Assembly: GCA_000934665.2 (NCBI GenBank)
Contig: KZ538388.1
Span: 1 to 64,000 of the forward strand
DNA: 64,000 nt
Direction of reading: 5' to 3'
Origin: Catajapyx aquilonaris
Taxonomy: Eukaryota
Position numbers and translations under genes: made by a program. Positions 53,601 to 64,000 of the stretch are shown piece by piece. The notes under the pieces were generated by a model. The model made no database searches. It saw nothing but the letters and a program-made list of their open reading frames with translations, and was not told where the DNA came from. Each line of letters opens with the position of its first letter. Position 1 is the stretch's first letter.

Positions 53601-56600
53601 TATACGCGTGTGCATCTTATACGGCAGGGCACAACGGGTGAAACCCGTGAGAAATCGTGAAAATCGTTTATTGAAAAATTTAAGCTTGTCGGTTTGATGT
53701 CCTGTCAGCACAGTTGATCACTTGCCTCTTGAAATCGGCACAGTACGACCTGCGTTTCTCCTTCACTTCCATTGTTATGCTCTCCCCGTCCACACACGTG
53801 CACAATTCCGGTGTGACCTTGCCACCTATACGTTTCAGATGCGTAGCATTGTCCCATTTTCCACTTGCCCCCCCTTTTTACTGGATTCTAATGGATTCCA
53901 CACGCACATGCATTGCACATGCATTGCACACAAGGTTGCTGCTGGCAGCTCGAGGCCAGTTCCCAAACTATGGCAATAAATCTGGGTGCGTCTTATATGA
54001 GTCAACAACCGATTTTCCACGATTTTTCGCCTCAAAACCGGGGTGCGTCTTATACGCGTGTGCGTCTTATATGCGCGTAAATACGGTAGTCCAAAAATAT
54101 GGCACTACCTGTGAGCACATGGATGGCAGGTAATGACAAGGGACCTTAAAATGCCTCTGAAGCCATTGTTGATATCTATAAATGTAAAATAATAGAAAAT
54201 GTGCAAATTATTGGCCTACTAGCTAAGGATTCTTGTGGCCCATTAGTGGGCTGCAGACTGCTCTTTGAGAACCACTGGTCTAAACAGTTCCACCTTCATT
54301 AGATGCTCCTTGATATGACTATTTTAGCCATGAATGCATGGGATTATGCCACAGTACTATGATGTGGACTTCTTGAGCATGGAGTGTTGACAGGTGCCCC
54401 AGGCTCAAAATGTACCAGTGCCTTATTTGGTGCTGTGTATTACTCACTCTTCCAGATTTTCTTAGCCTTCCTTACCTGTACGTCCTTTGTACAATGTCCA
54501 GCCCCTGTTGCATGAGCTGCATCATGAGGTGGACATCCTGACAAGGCCAGTTCTGGCACATTTGAGGGGCCATACTGGTCTTCATCCGACCACATGCCAT
54601 AGTCATAATTTTCTCCTGGCCATTCTCCCTCCTCGATCATCCCTGTTCCTCCCCATTCGCTCTGACTACTGCTGAGTGCAGGCATTGTGCTTCTAAATTT
54701 AACAAACCCTCCAGTTATCTCAAACCATGTAGGCTGGCCCAGATATGGGCCAGCCCATCCAGTAATCCTTGCTTTGAAAGAGATCAGGTATATTGATGTG
54801 CAGTCCCAGGTGAATTCAGCAATAGAGAGCAAAACAACTGAAAGCAGAGCATGTTTTGCTATCAAAATAATATACAAGAAAATACCCAAAATACATTTTT
54901 CAGTGATGTTAGCATGTTACTGAGCTTCCCATTTGAGCTGCAGTTATTCTTGGGCCTCTTTTTACCTGATACTTTTTTGTAGATAATGACCTTAGTTGAA
55001 AGGTGGCTGCAAATGTTTGGGTCAGTAACAAAGCTGATTCTTGAGCTCCCATGTAACTTTTGAACTAGTGCCAGAAAGACCATGATCATGACCATGATTC
55101 AACATAACTAATATGCAGAAAATTATGAACACGTAAGGTTTATAGTCACTCACGACTCTCTCAGATCACCAGACCTTTTCTCTGGCCCCGGGCAGCTAAG
55201 GGAGTGCAATGCTGCCCCGGCGTGTCGGGTGAAAAGCGGAAAAAGACCTGGCCAAGCAGAGGTGACGGGGACGGGATTTGAACCCCGGCCTCCTGCTTGG
55301 CTAGTCAGTGGCGTAACCACTAGACTACCATGCCTCCCTAATTTAATTACATTTAAAGTTAATTGCAATTTAAATTTTTTCTGGAACACCCTGTAGATGA
55401 ATATTTTCGGCATTTTACATTCAAAAGGATCACCATGAGTTAAAATGATAAATATGGGAGCATATTGTTTTTCATTAATATCACTCCTACTATAAATTTT
55501 CATCAAGTAAATTTTCAAAACGGCTGAAAAAAAACCCTTCGTCAAAGGGTTAATAACTGGGGCGAAATTATGCACGATGAAATTATTTTTTTACGTGAGC
55601 TAATGCTATTTAAACACTCCCTAGTCATCTTGGGGTCAAAATGGACCCCCCATTTCAAATTAGTGACTATTTTTTTCCTGATCCCAAACACCCATGGCAA
55701 ATTCATGATTGGCAGTTTTTGCCTTTTTGCACCTTCTGCTAGGCAGCTAGGAAGCTTTTGAGGCTGGGGTGAGGGTGGGATTGTGGATGTTTACAGAATT
55801 TAATGTCTCCATTTTGATTGCTGGCACACACATTGGAAAGACTATGGGTAAACAGTGAACAGCGCCCCATGAGTTAACCAAGCGTCACAGGAGATAAATT
55901 TTTTAGTATGTACCACTCATAATACTGACCGAATTTAGGAGGCATAAAATATTTCACTTTTGCTGTTGATGTAAGTTTATAATATAAAAATGGCGTGGGT
56001 CCAAAATGGACGCCACGTTTCAAGTTAAGCATGGCTAAATGAGGTTTCACATTGATGGTAAAGAAAATTTAACATTAACCCCTTTCGCTACCACGTAGAT
56101 TCTGGCTTAAGGGTACTCTGAAGATATGGACAAGATATTTTTAAAATACTAACAGCTATACTTACCACATTCAGGGAAAACACTATGAATGTGCCTGGAA
56201 CAATTTTACTCGTCTAAGTCCCGAAATTAATTTCCAAAAACAATGCCATAAAAACTGGAAATTTGAGTACTGCCTACCAACTGTTAGGGGCTGATTTAAT
56301 TATGAAATGCATGAAAATATGCGGAATAACAACCTTGAGAACCATGCCAGACAAATTTGCTTAGATCGTCGTACTTTGCGATAATAAATTAATGCTTATT
56401 TGCGGCTTTCTAGGACTTCGGAAAATAGCAAATAAATTTGGGAGTTTTCCAAAGTGCCAGAAAGCCGCAAATAAGTATTAATTTATTTCTTGCAAAGTAC
56501 GATGAGTTCAGCAAATTCATCTGGCATGGTTCTCAAGGTTGTTATTCCACATATTTTCACTCATTTCATAATTAAATCAGCTTAAGAGGTGGCCGGCAGT

Positions 56601-59600
56601 ACTTGGATTTCCAGTTTTTACAGCTTTTTTTTTTGGAAATTAATTGAGGGACTTCTAGAGACTAGTAAAATTGTTCCCGACACATTCATAGTGTTTTCCC
56701 TGAACATGGTAAGTATAGCTGTTATTATTTGTAAAATCTCTTGTCCGTATCTTCGGAGTGTGCTTAAGCCAAAATCTATGTGGTTGGGGCCTATCTGGTA
56801 GCGAAGGGGTTAAAGGGACACTCCACTCAAAATGCAAGTTGGGCTCTAAAAATCGGGCAAAAAATCCTGATTCCGAAGGTGCAATCGGTTTTTTTCTACG
56901 CGGAACAGAAAAGCCAGGACGAGGGGTTAAAGATTTGCGTCGTCTGCTAATGAGCTTCCCCGCCAGCCCAGTCCGCCACCGCCGTGAGCGCCGCCACCGG
57001 GCACTAGGCGAAAGTGATTTAGTGCTGAAAGTCGGGTCGGGTCAAGAGGTGGCGAGATGAACCTGTGGGACGGACCAAAGATGGCGCGGACCATGGCGTG
57101 GATCAAGATGGCGCAAGAACATACCAATTTCTGCCCAGTCCCGGGGGAAGCGCGGCTGTTTTGTGGCAGATTCGAATTGCCGAACTTTGACGGCTTGCCC
57201 TGGCCTTACCGTTCGTCTCTCAGAAAAACTGCTTATACACTCGGAATCAGGATTTTTTGCCCGATTTTTAGAGCCCAACTTGCATTTTGAGTGGAGTGTC
57301 CCTTTAAGGAAAGAAAAGGAAAAAAAAGCCAAAAAGTATGACTCCCATGCCACCTGTTAAAGCATGACTTTTGAGCACATAGCAAGAGAATTTTTCAGCT
57401 GTGACCCAATCCACCACATCTTTGTTGAACTCCCTGAGATGCATATGTGTCTCTTGTACCTTTTACACCTCTAGCACATGAATAACAACATACCAGCACA
57501 TAATTCGAGCTGACCCCATTTCCAAAAAACCCAAACATAGCAAAATAAGGTCCATCCTTAACCCCTTTGCAACCAGATAGGCCCGAACCACATAGATTTC
57601 AGCTTACACCTACTCGGAAGATAAGGACCTGATATTTTACCAATACTAACAGCTATACTTACCAGATCTGGGAAAACACTATGAATGTGTCTGGAACAAT
57701 TTTACTCATCTAGAAGTTCCTAAATTAATTCCCAAAAAAGGGCTATAAAAAGTCTAAATTAGACCAACTGTGAGGCTAATTTAATTATGAAATGCGTGAA
57801 AATATGCAGAATAACAACCTTGAGAACTGTGCCAGGCGAATTTGCTGAAATCGTTGTACTTTGCGAGAAATATATTAATACTTATTTGCGGCTTTCTGGC
57901 ACTTCGGAAAACTCCCAAATGAGTATGAGATGAATTTGCTGAAATCGTTGTACTTCATGAGAAGCAAATAAATTAGAGAGTTTTCTGAAGTGCCATGGAC
58001 GTGCCAGAAAGCTGCAAATAAGTATTAATTTATTTCTCACAAAGTATGACGATTTCAGCAAATTCTTCTGGCATGGTTCTCAAGGTTCTTATTCTGCATA
58101 TTTTCACGCATTTCATAATTAAATCATCCTAAGAGTTGGTCGGCTTTTTTGGAAATTAATTTAGGGACTTCCAGATGAGTAAAATTGTTCCAGACACATT
58201 CGTAGTGTTTTCCCAGATCTGGTAATATATAGCTGTTATTATTGGTAAAATATCTCCTCCGGATCTTTGGAGTAGGCGTAAGCCGAAATCTATGTGGTTC
58301 GGGCCTATCTGGTAGCGAAGGGGTTAAAGGGTTGAAGCTGCATGGCAGTGGCACCGCAAGTTTTACATGGAGTTTTGACCAGGGAGTAGATTAGAAATAG
58401 GTCCACATGAACATGAACCTATCTGCAGTAATTTAGTAGTTGCATGGGGGTGACCAGACTTTCAATCTACCCTGTAGATGTCAGATAATCCCTGCAACAT
58501 TTGACTTTTTAAATCTGCTGTAAACTAAACCTTACACTTGAGTCATGCAGTTGCCGTGGTGTCTTCATTCTCAACCCCAGTCCCCCGACACTCCTACCCC
58601 AGCCTTATGGAGACCCCCCGAGAGCTTACTTGCTTTCCCCCACCCAGGTGGGGTTTCCGATTAGGATCTGGTGTTGCTCCACAGTTGGTAAGGCGGTTCC
58701 TGTGGATGACTCTGCGAACATGCTCCAGATCCAGCTGTAGTGCAAAGAGTCGTCTGCCCAAACTGCCTTAGGAACCAGTTCCTAATTGGAAACCCCACGT
58801 TAGTGGGGGAGAGGAACTAAGCTCATGCAAAAGGAGAGGGAGTGTCTGGAACCTGAGTATTGTAAGACCGTGCTCAACCCTGTTGTATTTGAACCTTTAT
58901 ACTCATGCTTGTATTTTGAAGTAGGAGGGAATTATTTATTATTACTTTTAATAAAGTAATGCAAATAGTAATTTTTCTTTGTGATCTTTTCTTTACAGCT
59001 ACCAGTGTCTGATGTGCAGAATGCAATTAAAAGTCTCAGAGGGGCAGTTAGTCTTAAAAAAGATGTTGAAAAGGGAAGCCAACAGTTACATGCATTACAG
59101 AAGTCAATACAACATGATGTTAATCACACTGCCATGGAGGTCTCAAATTCCATGAATACTGCAGGTATGATAATTCATACACTTTTTATATTGTCGTAAA
59201 GTATTCTGAAGTGAGTTCAGTTACCTTTTGTGTGTGTGTGAAAAGTTGGGAAACCCTGAGTATGGCAGAATTTGTTAGCCTTTTTGGAGTCTTAACACTT
59301 TTGTGTCATAAGACTAGGGGCCGAATTTTCGTCTTACTATTAGCCGCTATTAGTCACTGTTTAGACTTTAGAGGTTCTGACTATTATCTTAGGACGGATG
59401 GAATTTTCGTGCTTCTGATTAGGTACTACTAAACATGGAACTGTGTAGTTAATAGAAGTGAGGTTAATGACACCTCGGGGTGTCTCTAAGTCACGTCGTC
59501 GCATGAGAAATGCCCTACACGGTGACGACCGTTCGACTTGTAGATTGCGTTCGGCGCCTTCGACGCGTTTTACGGGTGCGGAGGCGCTACCTGCCCCTTC

Positions 59601-62600
59601 TGGATCCCTTTATGAGATACAGGGTGATACAGCATCCAAGCACTTTTGCATGCCAGTCTGCATAATTATAGTACAGGGTTTGTTGGTCGTTTTATTTATC
59701 ACTATTATCGCCCGAAGTAGTTATTTTTTGTAGCTTGTTGCGCCTCTCGTCCCAGATTGTCCCTCATCGGAGAGCGAAAATAACAGTTACTTAAATAGCT
59801 GTTGCTAAATATACCTGTAAGGATCACCTCTCCCCAAAAGTTTGCCATACCTGGAAGTAAATTTGGGGCAACAGGAACGGGGAGCAACAATCTACAAAAA
59901 TAACTACTTCAGGCGATATTAGTTATAAATAAAACGACTCACGAACTTGGAACACCCGGTACTGGTGAAGTCAGCAGTCGAAGTTTTACATCCTACACCA
60001 TGGGATCACACGACATCTTCCGCCTCTATACCGACTTGTATGGCTGAAATCCCACAGCACGAGGAATATTAAATGACCCAGATCACAACCCAGATATACT
60101 GCCCCGGGTCGGCCCCGCAGCCCTGCTCCGTACTCATCAACGTCGCATTGTCCATCGTCGCCTTCTCCCTTCACTTGTTTACACAGGAAGGCTTGTTGTG
60201 CGCATCCTCCAACTGTCAATTGCCACTATTAAGCACTGATTAGGCTATACAGCACTGGTTTGTAAAAAGCGGCTAATAGAACGACGAAAATTCCACTTTA
60301 AACAGTACTGCTAAAAGCACCTACGCAGTTACTAACTAATCAGTTCTGAACAGGCACTACTAGCGGAAAGACGAAAATTCGACCCAAAGTTAGTAATTTG
60401 AATTGATGTGAAGAATGCTTATGCAAGGTGTTCTGTGGTAATACACACAAACTTGTAGGATGAACTGTGATGAAGAATGAATAGCCTTGACTCAATTTAT
60501 GTTTTGGACAATCCACTGATTCTGCAGTAAGGTGTAATAAATTTATTGAACTCCCATTTGATGAACATATCAAGTTGAAGCACCTTTGTGGTTTTACCTT
60601 TTTCAGGAGCAAATGTCAAGATTTTAAAGTACATGTTTTTCATTGCAGGGGGTGATTTAAAGAAGGTTTTCAGTGACATTGCTTCCACTCTGGACCAGTT
60701 AGATTTGAGCAATGAGCATAAGTCCCTGCATCAGTTGGATATGTACATCAAAGAATACTCCCGGTACAGGTAAGGGATGCCGAATAATAATGAATATTCA
60801 TAATTTTTTCACTTACAACATGTACAATGTTTTGGCTAACAGGTATTATGCTGATGAAGCAATTTGCATCATTCTCCTGGTTATTCTGCTTTGTTTTGTT
60901 GGAGGCCTATTTTGTGGGTTTTGTGGGAAATCACCGGATGCTATTTATGGAGATGACTGCTGCAATCGTGGAACAGGATCCCGGTTGCTCATGGCGTAAG
61001 TAGTGCATGGACACAGATATTGCTAAATTGGCATAACAGTACCATTATCAGCCCAGAACCAAATTACAATGCTTTATCAAATAATACACCAAATTGAATA
61101 TACAGGGTGATCTGTTTGGGTAGGGATAATTTTAAAATGCAGTGGTATGTGTTGCAACAGGCAGAATTGATCCAAATTAGGCAGAGATTACCTTTATGAG
61201 TGGGAGTTGGTCTAGGTCTCCACATGACCCCCTTTGTGTTCTCGGTAGAGTTGATACTGGGTGCTCAATTTCTGCCACATGTTTTGTAACATTTCCTGAG
61301 TGATTTGTGCGAACGCTGCAGAAATTTTCACCTCTAGGTCATCCAGGCTTTGAGGTCATTTTCCGTAGATGATAGTCTTCACAAACCACAAACAAAGAAA
61401 TCGGGGGGAGTGAGATCCAGGGAGTTTTCAGGCCAAGGAAGGCACGACCACACCAATTGTCATAGAAAGTGTTGTTGACCTTCCTGACTTCCAATGACCA
61501 GTGGGGTGGGGCCCCGTCTTGCTGGAAAATGACATTGTTGTCCAGTTGTGGTACCAAGAAGATCTTAGAATGTCAAAGTATGGTCCTGCTCGCATTGTGT
61601 CCTCAGAGACAGAAAAAGGTCCGTACAGCTGGTTAAACCACATCTGGCCCCTTTGGTCACGATGTACGGCTAATGCAGGTGCACTGACAAGGGAAAGACC
61701 AAGGTCAGTCGCCTCTGATTTGGTTGAAACTTAGTGAAAGTTTTAGCTGACACTGTCCAGTCGTTTCCGAGATATGAGCGACAGAAACATCCGAATTATG
61801 GCCGCCCGTGCAGGTGTCGGGCAGGAAGGGACAAGTGCAAGGCCTGGCAAGGCCCCTATCCCCCTATATGCGCCGCCAAAATTCGCATGTTTCTGTCGCT
61901 CATATCTTGGAAACGGATGGACAGTGCCATCTAGGACTTTCACCACTGTGTCTACCGCACATGAGTGACCCCTTAAGCGAGTTTCAACCAAATCGGAGGC
62001 GACTGACCTTAGTCGTTCCCTTGTGAGTACAGTGCATGAATCTCCCATCTTAAACCAGCAGAATTTCAACTTGGTACGGCTTAAGTGTTGCTTGTGATAC
62101 ATATTTTTAATTATCCCTACCCAAATGGATCACCCTATATTATATCATTAGAAATTTTACTTTATTGGCCTTAGTCTTATGAAATGTATTGATAATGCCC
62201 ATTCTTGTTTCCAGAGGTGTTTACCTGGTATTCCTTCTGTCAAGTCTGGTTATGCTGGTTACCGTTGCCCACTTCCTTGTTGGATCTCTCGCACGGAAGT
62301 TTGTGTGTGAACAAGTGGAAAACCCAAGTGACTCTCAAATATTGAGAAGTCTTAATAAGCGGTTTCATGAGGATGTGCTAAAAGATCGTAAATGGGATTT
62401 TGATGCTGATATTCTACGCATATGGAAGTAGGTGGAAGTACTTTTACCATTAGATTTCAATGTAAGATGGTTGAATAATTTATTATTTACACAGCCGGTG
62501 TAATCAGAACCAGAGTTTGTACATCACCCTTGACCCAACTGGAGGATTCAACTTATCAGAAGTTAAAAACTATACAAGTAACTTGAATATCGATAAAGCA

Positions 62601-63528
62601 CTTGAAGAAATGAAGAACAACACCAATTTTACAACTCCTACACTTTTGGATAACGGGACACAAACCAAGCTTTTGATTTTGGCAAATTCTCCTCTTAATG
62701 GCATTCATTTTAAGGAGTTTGCTAAGGTGGTAAGTTATAAGGAGAAATTATTAACTCTTCTGCATGCGTAATATATTTCTACTCATTTTCAGTTACATGA
62801 GAAAGTTACAACTGTTGATCTAAACAGTGTGGCAGATTTATTGAACAAGACAGTAAACGAAATTGGCCCGCCAGTGAATAAATCCATTGTTAATGGATTA
62901 AAATCAGCTGCTGCGACGATTAGAAGTTTGGATGTCATGGTGAATTCCATGGTTGACATGGCAAAAACCTTGCAGAATGTGACCAGTAATTTAGAAGAGA
63001 AACTTAAATTTAATCATGATAGTTTTAAGGATGCAGTTGTGGACCTTGTAAATACAACTGATCACGCTCAAATTTATCTTAACCAACATGGGTCCACTTT
63101 GTTGCGAGAGGTACGTATGTCAGTTGGGGTGAAATAGAAACATTGAAGTACTGCTCTGCAAGATTGCCTTCTTATTTTTCAGCTGGTGGGAGACTTTGCT
63201 GGTAATGTAATTCAGCACTTGGAATCATATGCCAACCGTTCGTATGATTATCTGGCCAATGAGATGGGTCGTTGTGGTCCAATTAGTCGTGCTGTGAATT
63301 CATCAATATCAGCTGTTTGCCAGGATGTCTTGGAACCATTGGTAAGCTTTCACTACATGCACAAGACATATGTTCTTTGATAACCTTTTGTTTTTGGTAC
63401 CATTAGAATGGATTTTGGGTTAGTGCTGGCTGGTGCCTGCTCTTGTTCATCCCGTGTATGATATTGGCTGTCTCGGCTGCATCCTTGTACCGCAAGACTG
63501 AACCATACTCTGGAGTTATGATGGAATC
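44659..63528 (+). CDS. promL: Prominin-like pentaspan glycoprotein, 3'-incomplete; exons 44659-44944, 46784-47184, 47250-47316, 47469-47633, 48560-48684, 48841-48864, 58999-59164, 60649-60769, 60843-60995, 62215-62427, 62495-62729, 62793-63110, 63183-63341, 63407-63528
   Basis: All introns are GT-AG with consistent phases (2555 nt, 851 codons). Signal peptide; GMEPLYQLT; TM1 followed by FCCCRCAGNCG; FGVVCAFVTN; GLFCGFCGK..DDCCNRGTG; GRCGPIS..VCQDVLEPLNGFW..WCLLLFIP; five hydrophobic segments and many N-x-S/T sites, all typical of the prominin family. Confidence 0.95.
46235..46455. repeat. Imperfect inverted repeat (old MITE) in a prominin intron
   Basis: TCTGCCGTCAGATGTGAGAGGACCGTAACT..TTCCCTTGCGGCGAGAAAA pairs with TTTTCTCGCCACAAGGGGAA..AGTTACGGTCTTCTCATATCTGACGGCAGA. 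Confidence 0.75.
48841..48864 (+). CDS. promL: 24-nt frame-preserving microexon (LIDRYFPQ) of prominin-like
   Basis: Branch-like ACTAAT at 48806, poly-T tract, AAG acceptor, CAG|GTAAAC donor, phase 0-0 between ..DFTK and LPVSD.. Confidence 0.7.
49910..50255 (-). mobile_element. tRNA-derived SINE, family B, with about 16-bp TSD
   Basis: Reverse complement of the 12790-13132 SINE; poly-T at 49907-49922; CATATAACGTGGATTT at 49894 and 50254. Confidence 0.9.
50326..50730 (+). mobile_element. tRNA-derived SINE, family A
   Basis: The head TGGTGGAGTGGATAAGGTATTCGACTGCTAATCGGGAGGTCCTGGGTTCGAGTCCCGG is nearly identical to the 4753 copy. Confidence 0.85.
50816..52273. mobile_element. About 1.46-kb foldback-like CAGGGTG MITE with about 660-bp inverted arms
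   Basis: TA|CAGGGTGTATCAG...CTGATACACCCT; arms at about 50816-51480 and 51615-52273. This explains the mirror-image ORFs in the track. Confidence 0.9.
52851..53532. mobile_element. About 680-bp palindromic TIR element (CTYACAAGGG family, superfamily unassigned)
   Basis: ACAAGGGAACGGTCAGGGT..CCTCCGATTTGGTTGAAACTGGC, inverted at 53482-53529; arms about 300 bp. Confidence 0.9.
53535..54086. mobile_element. pogo/Tigger-like MITE
   Basis: TA|CCGTATTTACTCGCATATAAGAC...GTCTTATATGCGCGTAAATACGG|TA with repeated GGGTGCGTCTTATA. Confidence 0.85.
55150..55338 (-). mobile_element. tRNA-derived SINE fragment (third family)
   Basis: The reverse complement GGGAGGCATGGTAGTCTAGTGGTTA..GGTTCAAATCCC has A and B boxes followed by a non-tRNA body. 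Confidence 0.6.
56079..56809. mobile_element. piggyBac-type MITE, copy 1
   Basis: TTAA|CCCCT(T)TCGCTACCA...TGGTAGCGAAGGGG|TTAA with long inverted arms. Confidence 0.88.
56814..57303. mobile_element. Kolobok-like MITE
   Basis: TTAA|AGGGACACTCCACTCAAAATGCAAGTTGGGCTCTAAAAATCGGGC... with a perfect TIR of about 63 bp, ending GTGTCCCT|TTAA. Confidence 0.8.
57562..58323. mobile_element. piggyBac-type MITE, copy 2 of the 56079 family
   Basis: TTAA|CCCCTTTGCAACCAGATAGGCCCGAACC...GGTTCGGGCCTATCTGGTAGCGAAGGGG|TTAA. Confidence 0.88.
58570..58857. mobile_element. Non-autonomous element, same family as 9960-10138
   Basis: Shares CACTCCTACCCCAGCCTTATGGAGACC and the GGGAGTGTC..ACCTGAG|TA end. Confidence 0.65.
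59318..60385. mobile_element. About 1.07-kb non-autonomous Harbinger-like element
   Basis: GGGCCGAATTTTCGTCTT...AAGACGAAAATTCGACCC with internal subterminal copies (GGAATTTTCGT / ACGAAAATTCC); related to the 8565 and 14484 MITEs. Confidence 0.7.
61102..61660 (-). mobile_element. Decayed Tc1/mariner transposase 3' half
   Basis: LYGPF, VIFQQDGAPPHW and a CACCCTG|TA terminus at 61102; frameshifted. Confidence 0.85.
61684..62027. mobile_element. 344-bp palindromic element of the CTYACAAGGG family
   Basis: CTGACAAGGGAAAGACCAAGGTCAGTCGCCTCTGATTTGGTTGAAAC / GTTTCAACCAAATCGGAGGCGACTGACCTTAGTCGTTCCCTTGTGAG. Confidence 0.85.
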
Positions 63529-63726
63529 GTAAGTACTTGGATCTTAAGCTGCATAATAGTGTCCTTCATGGTCAGAAATGTGGTGGAAGTGACGAGGGAA
63601 CTGTAAGTGTTGTAAATGGAGTTGATGAATGAAACTTGGCACAATAATATAGGCAGGTAAGTTATTAAACAAAATGCAAACCGTTTCTGCGGAACGATAC
63701 AAGGTCAAAAGTTATGACCTCTCAAA

Positions 63727-63890
63727 CTCAAGGGACACTTTCCAAGTGCCACTCACTGATTTTCTTGAAATTCGGTACATTGGTAGCCCACCCCAAGAGA
63801 TGAAAAACGCACCGAAAGTTACCTGCTCAAAATGACCCTGTGACCACTTTTTGAGGGGGGCATAGGTCAACTCGTAAAATTCTGAAATAT
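63727..63890 (-). mobile_element. Terminus of the element family that forms the 135-bp tandem array at 262-571
   Basis: The reverse complement GAATTTTACGAGTTGA..CATTTTGAGCAGGTAACTTTCGGTGCGTTTTTCATC..GGGGTGGGCTACCAATG..CACTT matches 298-571. Confidence 0.85.
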
Positions 63891-64000
63891 CCAAATATAT
63901 TCCCATTTTTGATGGCGTCTTCAAGTAAATTTGGGAAATCATGACCTGGTGCACCATTAGACAGAAAATATCACGAAACGTTTGAAATATCAAGCAGTTT

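Overview
Eukaryotic genomic DNA, most likely arthropod (inferred from an insect-type prominin-like gene and a DM4/DM12-like protein), with short introns and several N gaps. There is no prokaryotic operon, CRISPR array or rRNA. Genes read from splice sites and translation: (1) the last coding exon of an ALY/REF (THOC4) mRNA-export adaptor at 7684-7787, missed by the ORF track; (2) an intron-retaining, internally deleted UHRF1 pseudogene fragment on the minus strand at 16077-16781; (3) a TATA-driven gene for a 323-aa secreted or membrane Gly/Tyr-rich protein with a Leu/Pro tract and a DM4/DM12-like Cys motif at 26670-27784; (4) a spliced 93-aa signal-peptide microprotein gene with a similar Leu/Pro tract at 29052-29415; (5) a prominin-like gene with 14 coding exons, including a 24-nt microexon, at 44659-63528 and continuing past the window. 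The ALYREF-side region (1-14.6 kb) and the prominin coding introns (45-64 kb) are dense in non-autonomous transposons: palindromic MITEs of Tc1/mariner, pogo, PIF/Harbinger, piggyBac, Kolobok and hAT type, tRNA-derived SINEs, and decayed mariner/hAT copies. About 17-43 kb is visibly CpG-rich and almost TE-free. I see no clear new multi-gene system. The best leads are the tandem pair of Leu/Pro-tract secreted genes, the UHRF1 fragment mosaic and the prominin microexon. All family assignments rest on recalled motifs, not database searches.
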